Shown: piece by piece, positions 56,458 to 64,000 of the stretch
How the letters are laid out: every line of letters starts with the position of its first letter
Position numbering within the stretch: the stretch's first letter is position 1
NCBI RefSeq assembly: GCF_965277465.1
Contig: NZ_CBDICW010000001.1
Location: 451,654 to 515,653 of the forward strand
Direction of reading: 5' to 3'
Length of the DNA: 64,000 nt
DNA from: Mucilaginibacter sp.
GTDB lineage: Bacteria; Bacteroidota; Bacteroidia; Sphingobacteriales; Sphingobacteriaceae
Program-made: the position numbers and the translations under genes
Notes under the pieces: generated by a model
Told to the model about the DNA's origin: nothing
The model's input: only the letters and a program-made list of their open reading frames with translations
The model's database searches: none

Positions 56458-56666
56458 GGGTTAATTTGATTCAGTATTATAATTTCAATAGCATTGCTAA
56501 AATCGCGCTGGTGCACATAAACTTCAATATTGCCAAAAACGCGGTGAGATGAATCCTGTTTGTTAAGCAATACGGCGTCAATATGATTTCCTTCCAAGGC
56601 CTGTTTTACCATTTCTGATCTGAAATAATTAGAAGAGGTAAAGATCCTGACCCAGTTTTTTTCCAT
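56454..56666 (-). CDS. DUF2007-type small protein (putative signal-transducing protein)
   Basis: 70 aa. Translationally coupled on both sides: TAATG with the upstream gene and ATGA with cdsA. Confidence 0.6.
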   Translation of the reverse strand: MEKNWVRIFTSSNYFRSEMVKQALEGNHIDAVLLNKQDSSHRVFGNIEVYVHQRDFSNAIEIIILNQINP

Positions 56667-57613
56667 TAATATTGCAATGATTGTTCTTTTCGGGCTGTTA
56701 TTTTTTTATAAATAAATAGCAAAAGTATCACAATTAGCAGGCTTAATAAATAGCCGGCATAATTAAATACATGCTGGTTGTTTGGATCAATATTGATCAC
56801 CTTATGCTGAATCAGGTAAGTAGCAATCACATCGGTAGCGTTATTAATAAAATGCGCTAAAACCCCTGTCCATATACTGCCGCTCCAGGCAACAAAATAA
56901 CCAAAAAATGCGCCCAGTAAAAGCCTTGGTAAAAAACCTAAAAACTCCATATGGAAGGCACTGAACAATATAGCCGTTATCCAAACGGCGGCATGGGTGT
57001 TTTTTGTCCACCTTACAAATATGGTTTGCAGTACCCCCCTGAACATAAACTCCTCAACAATGGCGGTAAGCAGGCCAATAAACAGCACATCAAATATCAT
57101 ATCGGCAATACCGTTCATCTTCAGCATTACTACCATTAGTTTTTGGGCGCTGGCCTCGCTGTCAACTATCCATTTTTGCAGACCGCTTAAGGATTTGGGC
57201 AGCATCAGTTTTTGGTTGATGTTTGATAAATACTCTATCAAAGGCATCGAGGCAAACATAATTACGAAGATGACCACGATCAGTTTCCAGTCAAACCGGA
57301 AGCTTGGCTTAATATAATCCTGAGGATCGCGGGCAATTACATAAGCAAAAAACACAGGGGCCGCAAAAATGGGGAAGGTAGTGCCTACGGTTTGCAGTAT
57401 CCATAAAGCCGTAACAAAATGCGGTGCGGTAGTATCCAAACTACCTATTGACATAAGTGTTTTGGCCCCGTAAAGCGCAAAAATAGCAGCTATACCCAAC
57501 AAATTAGCCACAAAAAAGAAACCCGCAAATACCCCTGCAAATATTAAAAACTGTAAAGCCGGATGTGTTTGGTTGTAACCGTTTTGTAAGTCTTTGTATG
57601 GCTTGTCTGTCAT
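56666..57613 (-). CDS. CPBP family intramembrane glutamic endopeptidase
   Basis: Motifs EEFMFRG, FSAFH and HFINN on a multi-TM scaffold. The start was moved to the ATG MTDKPYKDL at 57613, because the track's 409-aa extension runs across the divergent dusB promoter and start. Confidence 0.8.
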   Translation of the reverse strand: MTDKPYKDLQNGYNQTHPALQFLIFAGVFAGFFFVANLLGIAAIFALYGAKTLMSIGSLDTTAPHFVTALWILQTVGTTFPIFAAPVFFAYVIARDPQDYIKPSFRFDWKLIVVIFVIMFASMPLIEYLSNINQKLMLPKSLSGLQKWIVDSEASAQKLMVVMLKMNGIADMIFDVLFIGLLTAIVEEFMFRGVLQTIFVRWTKNTHAAVWITAILFSAFHMEFLGFLPRLLLGAFFGYFVAWSGSIWTGVLAHFINNATDVIATYLIQHKVINIDPNNQHVFNYAGYLLSLLIVILLLFIYKKITARKEQSLQY

Positions 57614-57627
57614 CCGCTTAAAATTCG

Positions 57628-57635
57628 TATTTTTG
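57628..57635 (+). promoter_or_regulatory. -7 promoter box TATTTTTG for dusB
   Basis: Exact TAnnTTTG match, 15 nt upstream of the ATG at 57651. Confidence 0.5.
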
Positions 57636-57650
57636 CAACGAAGATAAGTC

Positions 57651-58655
57651 ATGTCTGTACAAATAGGAAATATAGATTTAGGAGAGTTCCCGCTGTTGCT
57701 GGCGCCGATGGAAGATGTAAGCGATCCGCCATTCCGGTACGTGTGCAAACAGCATGGGGCTGATATGATGTATACGGAGTTCATCTCAAGCGAGGGATTG
57801 ATCCGTGATGCAGCCAAAAGCCGCCAGAAACTTGATATTTTTGAATACGAGCGCCCTATAGGCATCCAGATCTTCGGCAGTGATATTGAACACATGCGCG
57901 AAGCTACCGAAATAGCATCCTTGGCAGGCCCTGACCTGATGGATATTAACTATGGTTGCCCTGTAAAACAGGTAGCATGCCGCGGTGCAGGTGCAAGCCT
58001 TTTACAGGATATTGATAAAATGGTAGCCATGACCAAAGCGGTTGTTAATGCTACCCATTTGCCGGTAACCGTAAAAACACGCCTGGGCTGGGACGATAAC
58101 ACTAAAAATGTTTACGAAGTTGCCGAACGTTTGCAGGATGTTGGTATTAAGGCATTAACCATACATGGCCGCACAAGGGCACAAATGTATAAAGGCGTTG
58201 CCGATTGGGCCCTGATCCGCGATATTAAAAAGAACCCGAGGATAAAGATTCCGATTTTTGGCAACGGGGATATTGATTCGCCCGAGAAGGCAGCCAACTG
58301 GCGCATGGAATATGATGTTGACGGTATGATGATTGGCCGGGCGGCAATAGGCTACCCCTGGATCTTCAGAGAGATAAAGCACTTTTTTAAAACCGGCGAA
58401 CACCTGGAAAAACCAACCATTGCCGAGCGTATTGATGCCTGCACAACGCATCTGCATAAATCAATGGAGTGGAAAGGCCCTAAAACCGGGATATTTGAAA
58501 TGCGCAGGCATTACTCCAACTACTTTAAGGGGATTGACAACTTTAAAGAATACCGCATGCGCCTGGTTACCGCCGGAACGCTTGACGAAGTAATGTGTAT
58601 ATTAAACGAAGTAAGCCAAAACCCAAGGTATGCCGGCGAAGCAGTAAGCCTGTAG
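57651..58655 (+). CDS. dusB: tRNA-dihydrouridine synthase
   Basis: LAPMEDVSDPPFR, INYGCPV..., and HGRTRAQMYKG motifs of the Dus family. Confidence 0.9.
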   Translation: MSVQIGNIDLGEFPLLLAPMEDVSDPPFRYVCKQHGADMMYTEFISSEGLIRDAAKSRQKLDIFEYERPIGIQIFGSDIEHMREATEIASLAGPDLMDINYGCPVKQVACRGAGASLLQDIDKMVAMTKAVVNATHLPVTVKTRLGWDDNTKNVYEVAERLQDVGIKALTIHGRTRAQMYKGVADWALIRDIKKNPRIKIPIFGNGDIDSPEKAANWRMEYDVDGMMIGRAAIGYPWIFREIKHFFKTGEHLEKPTIAERIDACTTHLHKSMEWKGPKTGIFEMRRHYSNYFKGIDNFKEYRMRLVTAGTLDEVMCILNEVSQNPRYAGEAVSL

Positions 58656-58764
58656 CAATACTCACAGCACTGTAAAAAGGTTTTAATACTTTCAGCTCAG
58701 GGCGTTATACTTATAAAATTCTATGATTTTTTTTATTAATGGCTCAATATTTGACCTATTAATA

Positions 58765-58772
58765 TATATTTG
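58765..58772 (+). promoter_or_regulatory. -7 promoter box TATATTTG for apaG
   Basis: Exact TAnnTTTG match, 19 nt upstream of the ATG at 58792. Confidence 0.5.
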
Positions 58773-58791
58773 AATTAAAACAGATCCTGAT

Positions 58792-59178
58792 ATGGTTACT
58801 ACTATTACAGACGGTGTTAAGGTTTCGGTGGAAACCATCTATCAGCCTGAATATTCTAATCCGGGTAATGATCATTTTATGTTTGCTTATAAAGTAACCA
58901 TAGAAAACCTGGGTAGTTATGCAGTGAGGCTTTTAGGAAGGCATTGGTATATATTTGACTCAAATGGAGCAAAAAGAGAAGTTGAAGGCGAAGGCGTTGT
59001 AGGACAACAGCCAATTATTGAGCCCGGGCAATCGCATGAGTATGTTTCGGGCTGTAACTTAAAAACGGATATGGGCAGCATGAAAGGCGAATACCAGATG
59101 TCGCGCATGGTTGATAACTCATCATTTAATGTACAGATCCCTGAGTTTTACCTGATCGCTCCGTACAGAATGAACTAA
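58792..59178 (+). CDS. apaG: ApaG (DUF525) protein
   Basis: FAYKVTIENLGSYAVRLLGRHWYIFDSNG...GEGVVGQQP.I.PG is the canonical ApaG pattern. Confidence 0.85.
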   Translation: MVTTITDGVKVSVETIYQPEYSNPGNDHFMFAYKVTIENLGSYAVRLLGRHWYIFDSNGAKREVEGEGVVGQQPIIEPGQSHEYVSGCNLKTDMGSMKGEYQMSRMVDNSSFNVQIPEFYLIAPYRMN

Positions 59179-59204
59179 GAAAAATTATTTCTTCACTATA
59201 AAAT

Positions 59205-59235
59205 AAAACCCCGGCTGAAGTTCAGCCGGGGTTTT
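59205..59235. terminator. bidirectional terminator between apaG and the W/Y/G-repeat gene
   Basis: AAAACCCCGGCTGAA-G-TTCAGCCGGGGTTTT, flanked by A/T runs. Confidence 0.8.
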
Positions 59236-59248
59236 ATTTTATACCTTA

Positions 59249-60265
59249 TTACCTGTGCCTTTGATGTTGTTCGGCAGGCCTTGGGTTATTGTGCGGCTGC
59301 TGTACATGTTGCGCATGCTGCTGCGGTTGTGCATGTTGCTGCTGCATCCGTTGCTGCTGCTGGCCTTGTGGTTGGCGCTGCTGCTGTTGAGCATGTTGTT
59401 GTTGCTGTGCGTGCTGCTGTTGCATACGCTCCTGCTGCGGGGCCTGTGCATGTTGCTCACCCGCTTGCCTCTCAGCATTTGGCTGGCGGCCTGCATTAGG
59501 TTGATGGTTAGCTTCACCTTCGCGATTGGCTACGTTATGGTTGGCTGGTGCAGCATGACCCTGCTGATTAAATGAATGCCCGCCTACCCTGTTCATAGCT
59601 GTTGCAGCAGGCCTTCCGTGGTTTACCGATGCAAACTGAGCTCTGTCGCTGTGAGCGGCCTGCTGGTGGGCCAATTGCCTGCTGGTTGGCTGTACGTGCT
59701 GCTCTCTCATGGCTGCCTCTTCTTCGGGGCGTGGCCTTGCATTAACACCACCCGGGCCATTAAAGCTGGCGTGGTTATTTATAGTTGTGTTATTAATAAC
59801 CGTACGGTCAATGTAAGTATTATGTATCACTGTTCTGTTAACATTCACAACAGCTGTGTTATAACGGAAATGGTTTCCAGACCATCCACCGCCAACAAAA
59901 CCTACGCCGCCGTAACCAAAACCATAATTAATACCGCCGTAAAAGCCTACGTGCGGGCCCCAGTAACCTGGATGGTAACCATACATTCCGCCGGCATAAC
60001 CCCAGTAAGATGGTGTCCATAATAATCCCGGATTTGGCGGGGCTACCCAAACACCGGGTACCCAGTAATAACCATCGGCATCATCATAAGCCCAGTAACC
60101 GGGCTGCCATAAATAACCATCAGTTGGGCATGGTGGCTGTACATAAACAGGCAATGCCGGCGGGCCTATCCTAACGGATACACCTATACTTACTTGTGCA
60201 TAGGTTCTTGGCGCTGCAAAGCATACCAAACAAGCTAACGCTAATATTTTTGCTATCTTTTTCAT
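59249..60265 (-). CDS. secreted W/Y/G-rich repeat protein (YxWxPGxW repeats) with a Gln/His-rich tandem-repeat C-terminal tail
   Basis: Signal peptide. Repeats GYLWQPGYWAY, GYYWVPGVWV, LLWTPSYWGY and YHPGYWGPH. The tail reads QQERMQQQHAQQQQHAQQQQRQPQGQQQQRMQQQHAQPQQHAQHVQQ. Confidence 0.7.
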   Translation of the reverse strand: MKKIAKILALACLVCFAAPRTYAQVSIGVSVRIGPPALPVYVQPPCPTDGYLWQPGYWAYDDADGYYWVPGVWVAPPNPGLLWTPSYWGYAGGMYGYHPGYWGPHVGFYGGINYGFGYGGVGFVGGGWSGNHFRYNTAVVNVNRTVIHNTYIDRTVINNTTINNHASFNGPGGVNARPRPEEEAAMREQHVQPTSRQLAHQQAAHSDRAQFASVNHGRPAATAMNRVGGHSFNQQGHAAPANHNVANREGEANHQPNAGRQPNAERQAGEQHAQAPQQERMQQQHAQQQQHAQQQQRQPQGQQQQRMQQQHAQPQQHAQHVQQPHNNPRPAEQHQRHR

Positions 60266-60444
60266 TATAGATTTATTTTAATGGTATGACAAACAAAAAT
60301 TAAGAATGTTTAATCAACCCAGCCTTAAAAGCAAATTCTAATGCAATCCTAATCTCATGCATCCCTGCAAAATCAACCATAAAAACGCAAAAAAGCCTCC
60401 CTTTTGATGCTGGGAAGCTTTTTACAATCAATTCATCTATCGCA

Positions 60445-61173
60445 TTAGTTTCGCCTGTTCACCAAAAACGATGCGTAATATAACAAGGTAGCCAATGCAC
60501 TTAAAGCAGCAACAACATAGGTCATGGCGGCCCACCAAAGGGCATCTTTGGCTTGTTCATGCTCCTTGCTGGTTTGCATTACCGCGTAATTATTGTTTAA
60601 CCAGGCAAGCGCCCTGTTGCTGGCATCAAACTCAACGGGGAGGGTTATAAAACTAAAAGCAGTAACTACCGCCAGCGCTGCAACACCAATGGCCAGCACA
60701 TAGGGGTTATGTGTAAAAAACAACAGCATAACACCTATAAATAAGGTCCATTGTGTTAAGGTTGAAGCCACATTAATAACCGGAACCATTGCCGTACGCA
60801 TATTTAGCCAGCTATAGGAGCGCGCATGCTGAACTGCGTGCCCGCACTCATGCGCGGCAACTGCAGCCGAGGCCACGCTGCGGCTGTAATAAACATCAGG
60901 GCTTAGGTTAACGGTTTTTGTTTCGGGGTTGTAATGATCGGTTAGCTGGCCCTCAACTGATACCACCTGCACATCATAAATACCATTATCGCGCAGCATC
61001 TGTTCGGCTACTTCCTTTCCTGAAAGGCCCGAGAGCAGGCTGATCTCGGCATATTGTTTAAATTTACTTTTGAAACGCCATTGAACAATAAAGCTTACTA
61101 TTGCAATAACGATCATCAAAAACCAGGCTGAATTATAGCCTATAAAACCGGTAATTAATGCTAAATGGTTCAT
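60445..61173 (-). CDS. membrane zinc metallopeptidase (Zn_peptidase_2 / YugP-like)
   Basis: HECGHAVQH zinc motif, an N-terminal TM segment and C-terminal TM segments. Confidence 0.85.
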   Translation of the reverse strand: MNHLALITGFIGYNSAWFLMIVIAIVSFIVQWRFKSKFKQYAEISLLSGLSGKEVAEQMLRDNGIYDVQVVSVEGQLTDHYNPETKTVNLSPDVYYSRSVASAAVAAHECGHAVQHARSYSWLNMRTAMVPVINVASTLTQWTLFIGVMLLFFTHNPYVLAIGVAALAVVTAFSFITLPVEFDASNRALAWLNNNYAVMQTSKEHEQAKDALWWAAMTYVVAALSALATLLYYASFLVNRRN

Positions 61174-61305
61174 GTTTTTATTAGTTTTAGGTGTGGCGCA
61201 TTAACGTTTCCGCCGGGCAATGAAATTTAATAATTTTAATGCCGACATAATTAGCACTCCACAAATAAGATTTACAAAAAGTATTCCGTAAAATATAATA
61301 ACGTA

Positions 61306-62451
61306 TTGGGAACAAACACATTTTCGTACTGGGAACGTACCGCATTTATTGATAATGCCGATGTAATTATCATTGGCAGCGGCCTGGTGGGTTTAAGTGC
61401 GGCGCTGCATTTAAAAAAACAAGCGCCGGCCTTAAAAATACTGGTTTTGGAGCGGGGCTTTTTACCCACCGGTGCAAGTACAAAAAATGCCGGGTTTGCT
61501 TGTTTCGGTACCGTTTCTGAGCAAATTGATGCACTTAGCCATTCTACCGCCGATGAAGTTTTGCTCTTGGTTAACTATAAATGGCGAGGACTGCAGCGAC
61601 TGCGCCAAAACTTAGGCGACGATGCAATTAACTATCAGCAGCATGGCGGTTACGAATTGTTTATGGACGATGATACTACCCGAGCAGATAACTGCATTAA
61701 ACAGCTGGATAAACTGAACAATTTGTTAAAAGAGGCTATTGAAGGTCACGACATTTATTCAGTAGCTAATGCCAAAATAGCAGACTTTGGTTTTAAGGGC
61801 GTAAGCAGGATGATCTATAACCCGTTTGAAGGACAGATACATACCGGTAAAATGATGCGTGCTTTATTAAGCAGAGTTTACAATGCGGGCATACTTGTTT
61901 TAAACGGCTGTGAGATTTTGAAGATAGAAAACAACGGCGGCCAGGTTGAGCTGCAAACCACGCAGGGCAATTTTAAAGCGGGCAAAGTAATTTTAGCAAC
62001 CAATGCATTTGCCAGCCAGCTCTTTCCGGAGTTGAAGGTGATACCTGGCCGCGGGCAGGTGCTGGTAACCAAACCCATTGCGGGGCTTAAGTTAAAAGGC
62101 ACATATCATTTTGATGAGGGCTATTACTATTTCCGCAATATTGATAACCGGGTACTTTTTGGCGGTGGCCGTAATCTTGATTTTGCTGCCGAAGAAACCC
62201 TGGAGTTTGGACAAACCGAAGCCGTTCAGCAAAAATTAACCCACTATTTAAAAAAAGTAATATTACCCGGCCAGCCATTTGAAATTGATTATTGGTGGAG
62301 CGGTATCATGGGTTTTGGTGAGGCTATCAACCCGATTGTTAAACAGGTTGAGCCCGGTATATTTTGCGCTGTACGATGCAATGGCATGGGCGTAGCAATG
62401 GGTAGCCTGGTTGGAGAAGAAGTTGCAGATTTAGTATTGGCAGCTTTGTAA
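61306..62451 (+). CDS. FAD-dependent oxidoreductase (DAO family)
   Basis: The N-terminal dinucleotide fold DVIIIGSGLVGLSAAL is present. The start is TTG; there is no in-frame ATG upstream of the GxGxxG motif. Confidence 0.8.
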   Translation: MGTNTFSYWERTAFIDNADVIIIGSGLVGLSAALHLKKQAPALKILVLERGFLPTGASTKNAGFACFGTVSEQIDALSHSTADEVLLLVNYKWRGLQRLRQNLGDDAINYQQHGGYELFMDDDTTRADNCIKQLDKLNNLLKEAIEGHDIYSVANAKIADFGFKGVSRMIYNPFEGQIHTGKMMRALLSRVYNAGILVLNGCEILKIENNGGQVELQTTQGNFKAGKVILATNAFASQLFPELKVIPGRGQVLVTKPIAGLKLKGTYHFDEGYYYFRNIDNRVLFGGGRNLDFAAEETLEFGQTEAVQQKLTHYLKKVILPGQPFEIDYWWSGIMGFGEAINPIVKQVEPGIFCAVRCNGMGVAMGSLVGEEVADLVLAAL

Positions 62452-62564
62452 AGTTAAAAAATCCTCATGCAGAAGAGTTCTAATCATGTGGACAAGGCCT
62501 TTGCGCTTACCCTTCGAATACCTCAGGGTGACAGCCACTTAATAGCGGTAAAACGTTAACTCAC

Positions 62565-63839
62565 TTATAACAAATCAAACCCAATATCCTTCCGGAAATA
62601 CATACCATCGTAATAAATACGGGCGGCATCGGCTGTGGCTTGTTGCAGGGCAGCAAACATATTATCCTGTAAAGAAGTAACCGCTAAAACGCGACCGCCT
62701 GATGTTTTAACATCCTCACCATCCATATATGTACCGGCATGAAAAACCTGTGAGTCGCGCACATTCTCAATCCCGGTAATGGTTTTATGCTTTAAGTATT
62801 CGCTTGGATAACCGCCCGCAACCATCACTACGGTTGCAGCTGTTTTTGGCGATATGATTAATTCTTTTTCGTTCAGGTTGCCCTCGGCAACGCCTTGCAG
62901 CAAGTCCACAAAGTCTGATTCTATCCGTAACATTACACTTTCGGTTTCCGGGTCGCCCATGCGGCAATTGTATTCAATTACATTAGGTTCGCCATCGCTG
63001 TTCATCAGGCCAATAAAAATAAAGCCCTTGTATGGTATATTTTCCTTTTTTAACCCTTCAACGGTTGGTATAATTACGCGCTCCTCTACCTTCTTCATAA
63101 AGGCAGCATCAGCAAACGGCACCGGCGATACAGAACCCATGCCCCCGGTATTTAAACCGGTATCACCTTCGCCAATGCGTTTATAGTCTTTTGCTTCGGG
63201 TAATATTTTATAGTTGGTACCATCGCTTAAAACAAAAACCGAAAGCTCTATTCCCTGTAAAAACTGCTCAACCACCACGCGAGAGCTGGCATCACCAAAT
63301 TTGGCTTCGGTAAGCATTTCTTTTAGCTCCTGCTGTGCTTCTTCAACGCTCAGGCATATCAGTACACCCTTACCGGCTGCCAACCCATCTGCTTTTAAAA
63401 CTATGGGCAATCCTATGGTTGCCAGGTATTGGTTACCTTCCTGTAAAGTATCTTTAGTAAAAGTTTTTGATGCTGCCGCCGGGATGTTGTTGCGCACCAT
63501 AAACTGCTTTGAAAAATCTTTGCTGCCTTCCAGTTGGGCACCTTCCTGCTGCGGGCCAACAACGGGGATATTCTTCAATAAATCATCCGCCAGGAAAAAA
63601 TCATGGATCCCTTTAACCAGTGGTTCTTCGGGGCCTACCAAAACAAGGTTAATATCCTTATTTAAAACAAGGGTCTTAATGCCTTCAAAATCGGTTACCT
63701 TAATATCAACATTGGTACCATACTGGCTGGTGCCGGCATTACCGGGTGCAATAAAAAGGTTTTCACATTTAGGGCTTTGTGATAATTTCCAGGCGAAGGC
63801 ACTTTCCCTTCCGCCAGAACCGATGATCAGGATATTCAT
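62565..63839 (-). CDS. purD: phosphoribosylamine--glycine ligase
   Basis: MNILIIGSGGRESAFAWKL, and an ATP-grasp core (VLKADGLAAGKGV, GPNVIEYNCRMGDPE-type motif NVIEYNCRMGDPETE). Confidence 0.95.
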   Translation of the reverse strand: MNILIIGSGGRESAFAWKLSQSPKCENLFIAPGNAGTSQYGTNVDIKVTDFEGIKTLVLNKDINLVLVGPEEPLVKGIHDFFLADDLLKNIPVVGPQQEGAQLEGSKDFSKQFMVRNNIPAAASKTFTKDTLQEGNQYLATIGLPIVLKADGLAAGKGVLICLSVEEAQQELKEMLTEAKFGDASSRVVVEQFLQGIELSVFVLSDGTNYKILPEAKDYKRIGEGDTGLNTGGMGSVSPVPFADAAFMKKVEERVIIPTVEGLKKENIPYKGFIFIGLMNSDGEPNVIEYNCRMGDPETESVMLRIESDFVDLLQGVAEGNLNEKELIISPKTAATVVMVAGGYPSEYLKHKTITGIENVRDSQVFHAGTYMDGEDVKTSGGRVLAVTSLQDNMFAALQQATADAARIYYDGMYFRKDIGFDLL

Positions 63840-63843
63840 GGGG

Positions 63844-63851
63844 CAAAGATA
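63844..63851 (-). promoter_or_regulatory. -7 promoter box TATCTTTG for purD
   Basis: Exact TAnnTTTG match, only 4 nt (CCCC) before the ATG. Confidence 0.45.
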
Positions 63852-64000
63852 GTTTTTTGAGTCAGAAAGTCTGCAAAACCATCTATCCGGAAGAAAGAGT
63901 TTAACAGCATGCTTTTAAACCCTATAACTATATTAATGCTTAACTTCACATAAAACACCTGGCTATGACCCGTCGCTTAGAAAAATATGAAAAGCTGCCC

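Noticed and set aside
57614-57895. N-terminal 94-codon extension of the CPBP ORF in the track (409 aa)
   Set aside because: The extension crosses the divergent dusB promoter box and overlaps the dusB start. Its sequence is not membrane-protein-like. The ATG at 57613 (MTDKPYKDL) gives a normal CPBP protein.
59239-59575. Several ORFs in other frames and strands over the CAG/CAA repeat (59239..59517 -, 59255..59575 +, 59281..59499 +, 59576..60022 +)
   Set aside because: They are artefacts of low-complexity repeat DNA. Only the 338-aa frame has a signal peptide and a structured repeat domain.
62455-62564. Odd non-coding stretch after the FAD oxidoreductase (…CCTTCGAATACCTCAGGGTGACAGCC…) resembling dispersed Sphingobacteriia intergenic repeats
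   Set aside because: It has only a weak stem (ACCCT/AGGGT) and there is no second copy in the window. I cannot support it as a repeat family member without a genome-wide search.
63214-63852. 212-aa + strand ORF (and 62854..63186)
   Set aside because: It is antisense to purD, which is unambiguous. It is a shadow ORF.
63965-64000. Possible start of a + strand gene (ATG at 63965, MTRRLEKYEKLP...)
   Set aside because: Only 12 codons are visible before the window ends. There is no promoter box or motif to support it.

Overview
The window looks like a chromosomal segment from a Bacteroidota genome, probably Sphingobacteriaceae-like. That placement is an inference from four things: SusC/SusD pairs, TAnnTTTG (-7) promoter boxes, missing Shine-Dalgarno sequences, and LytTR/AraC/PadR regulators. 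Most of it is housekeeping or envelope genes: metG, recQ, purD, dusB, apaG, psd, cdsA, several peptidases, two two-component systems and TonB-dependent-type outer-membrane receptors.

Three regions stand out.

(1) About 18.4-24.0 kb is a small integrase-bearing island next to tRNA-Arg(CCT). It carries a tyrosine integrase, an ORF6N/KilA-N-like protein, a small possible oriT-accessory-like protein, DUF932 and several tiny ORFs. I see no relaxase, T4SS or phage structural genes. The island also holds unusual DNA structure: a roughly 177-nt multi-stem imperfect hairpin, a GC-rich structured non-coding block, and two 31-bp perfect palindromes that share a 19-bp core with a compensatory change.

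(2) 28.0-40.8 kb holds two tandem, recently duplicated SusC/SusD pairs with no CAZyme or dedicated regulator. They are followed by secreted proteins of unknown function and two tandem genes for 66-aa double-glycine-leader, six-cysteine peptides. No exporter or maturation genes for these peptides are in the window. This is my best candidate for an undescribed system.

(3) There are scattered oddities: a frameshifted outer-membrane receptor beside a two-component system, a nested REP-like triple hairpin, a bacterial deoxyhypusine-synthase-like gene, a W/Y/G-repeat protein with a Gln/His-rich tandem-repeat tail, and -7 boxes that abut start codons (predicted leaderless mRNAs).

I saw no rRNA, CRISPR array or IS transposase. 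All homology statements come from motif recognition by eye, not database searches.
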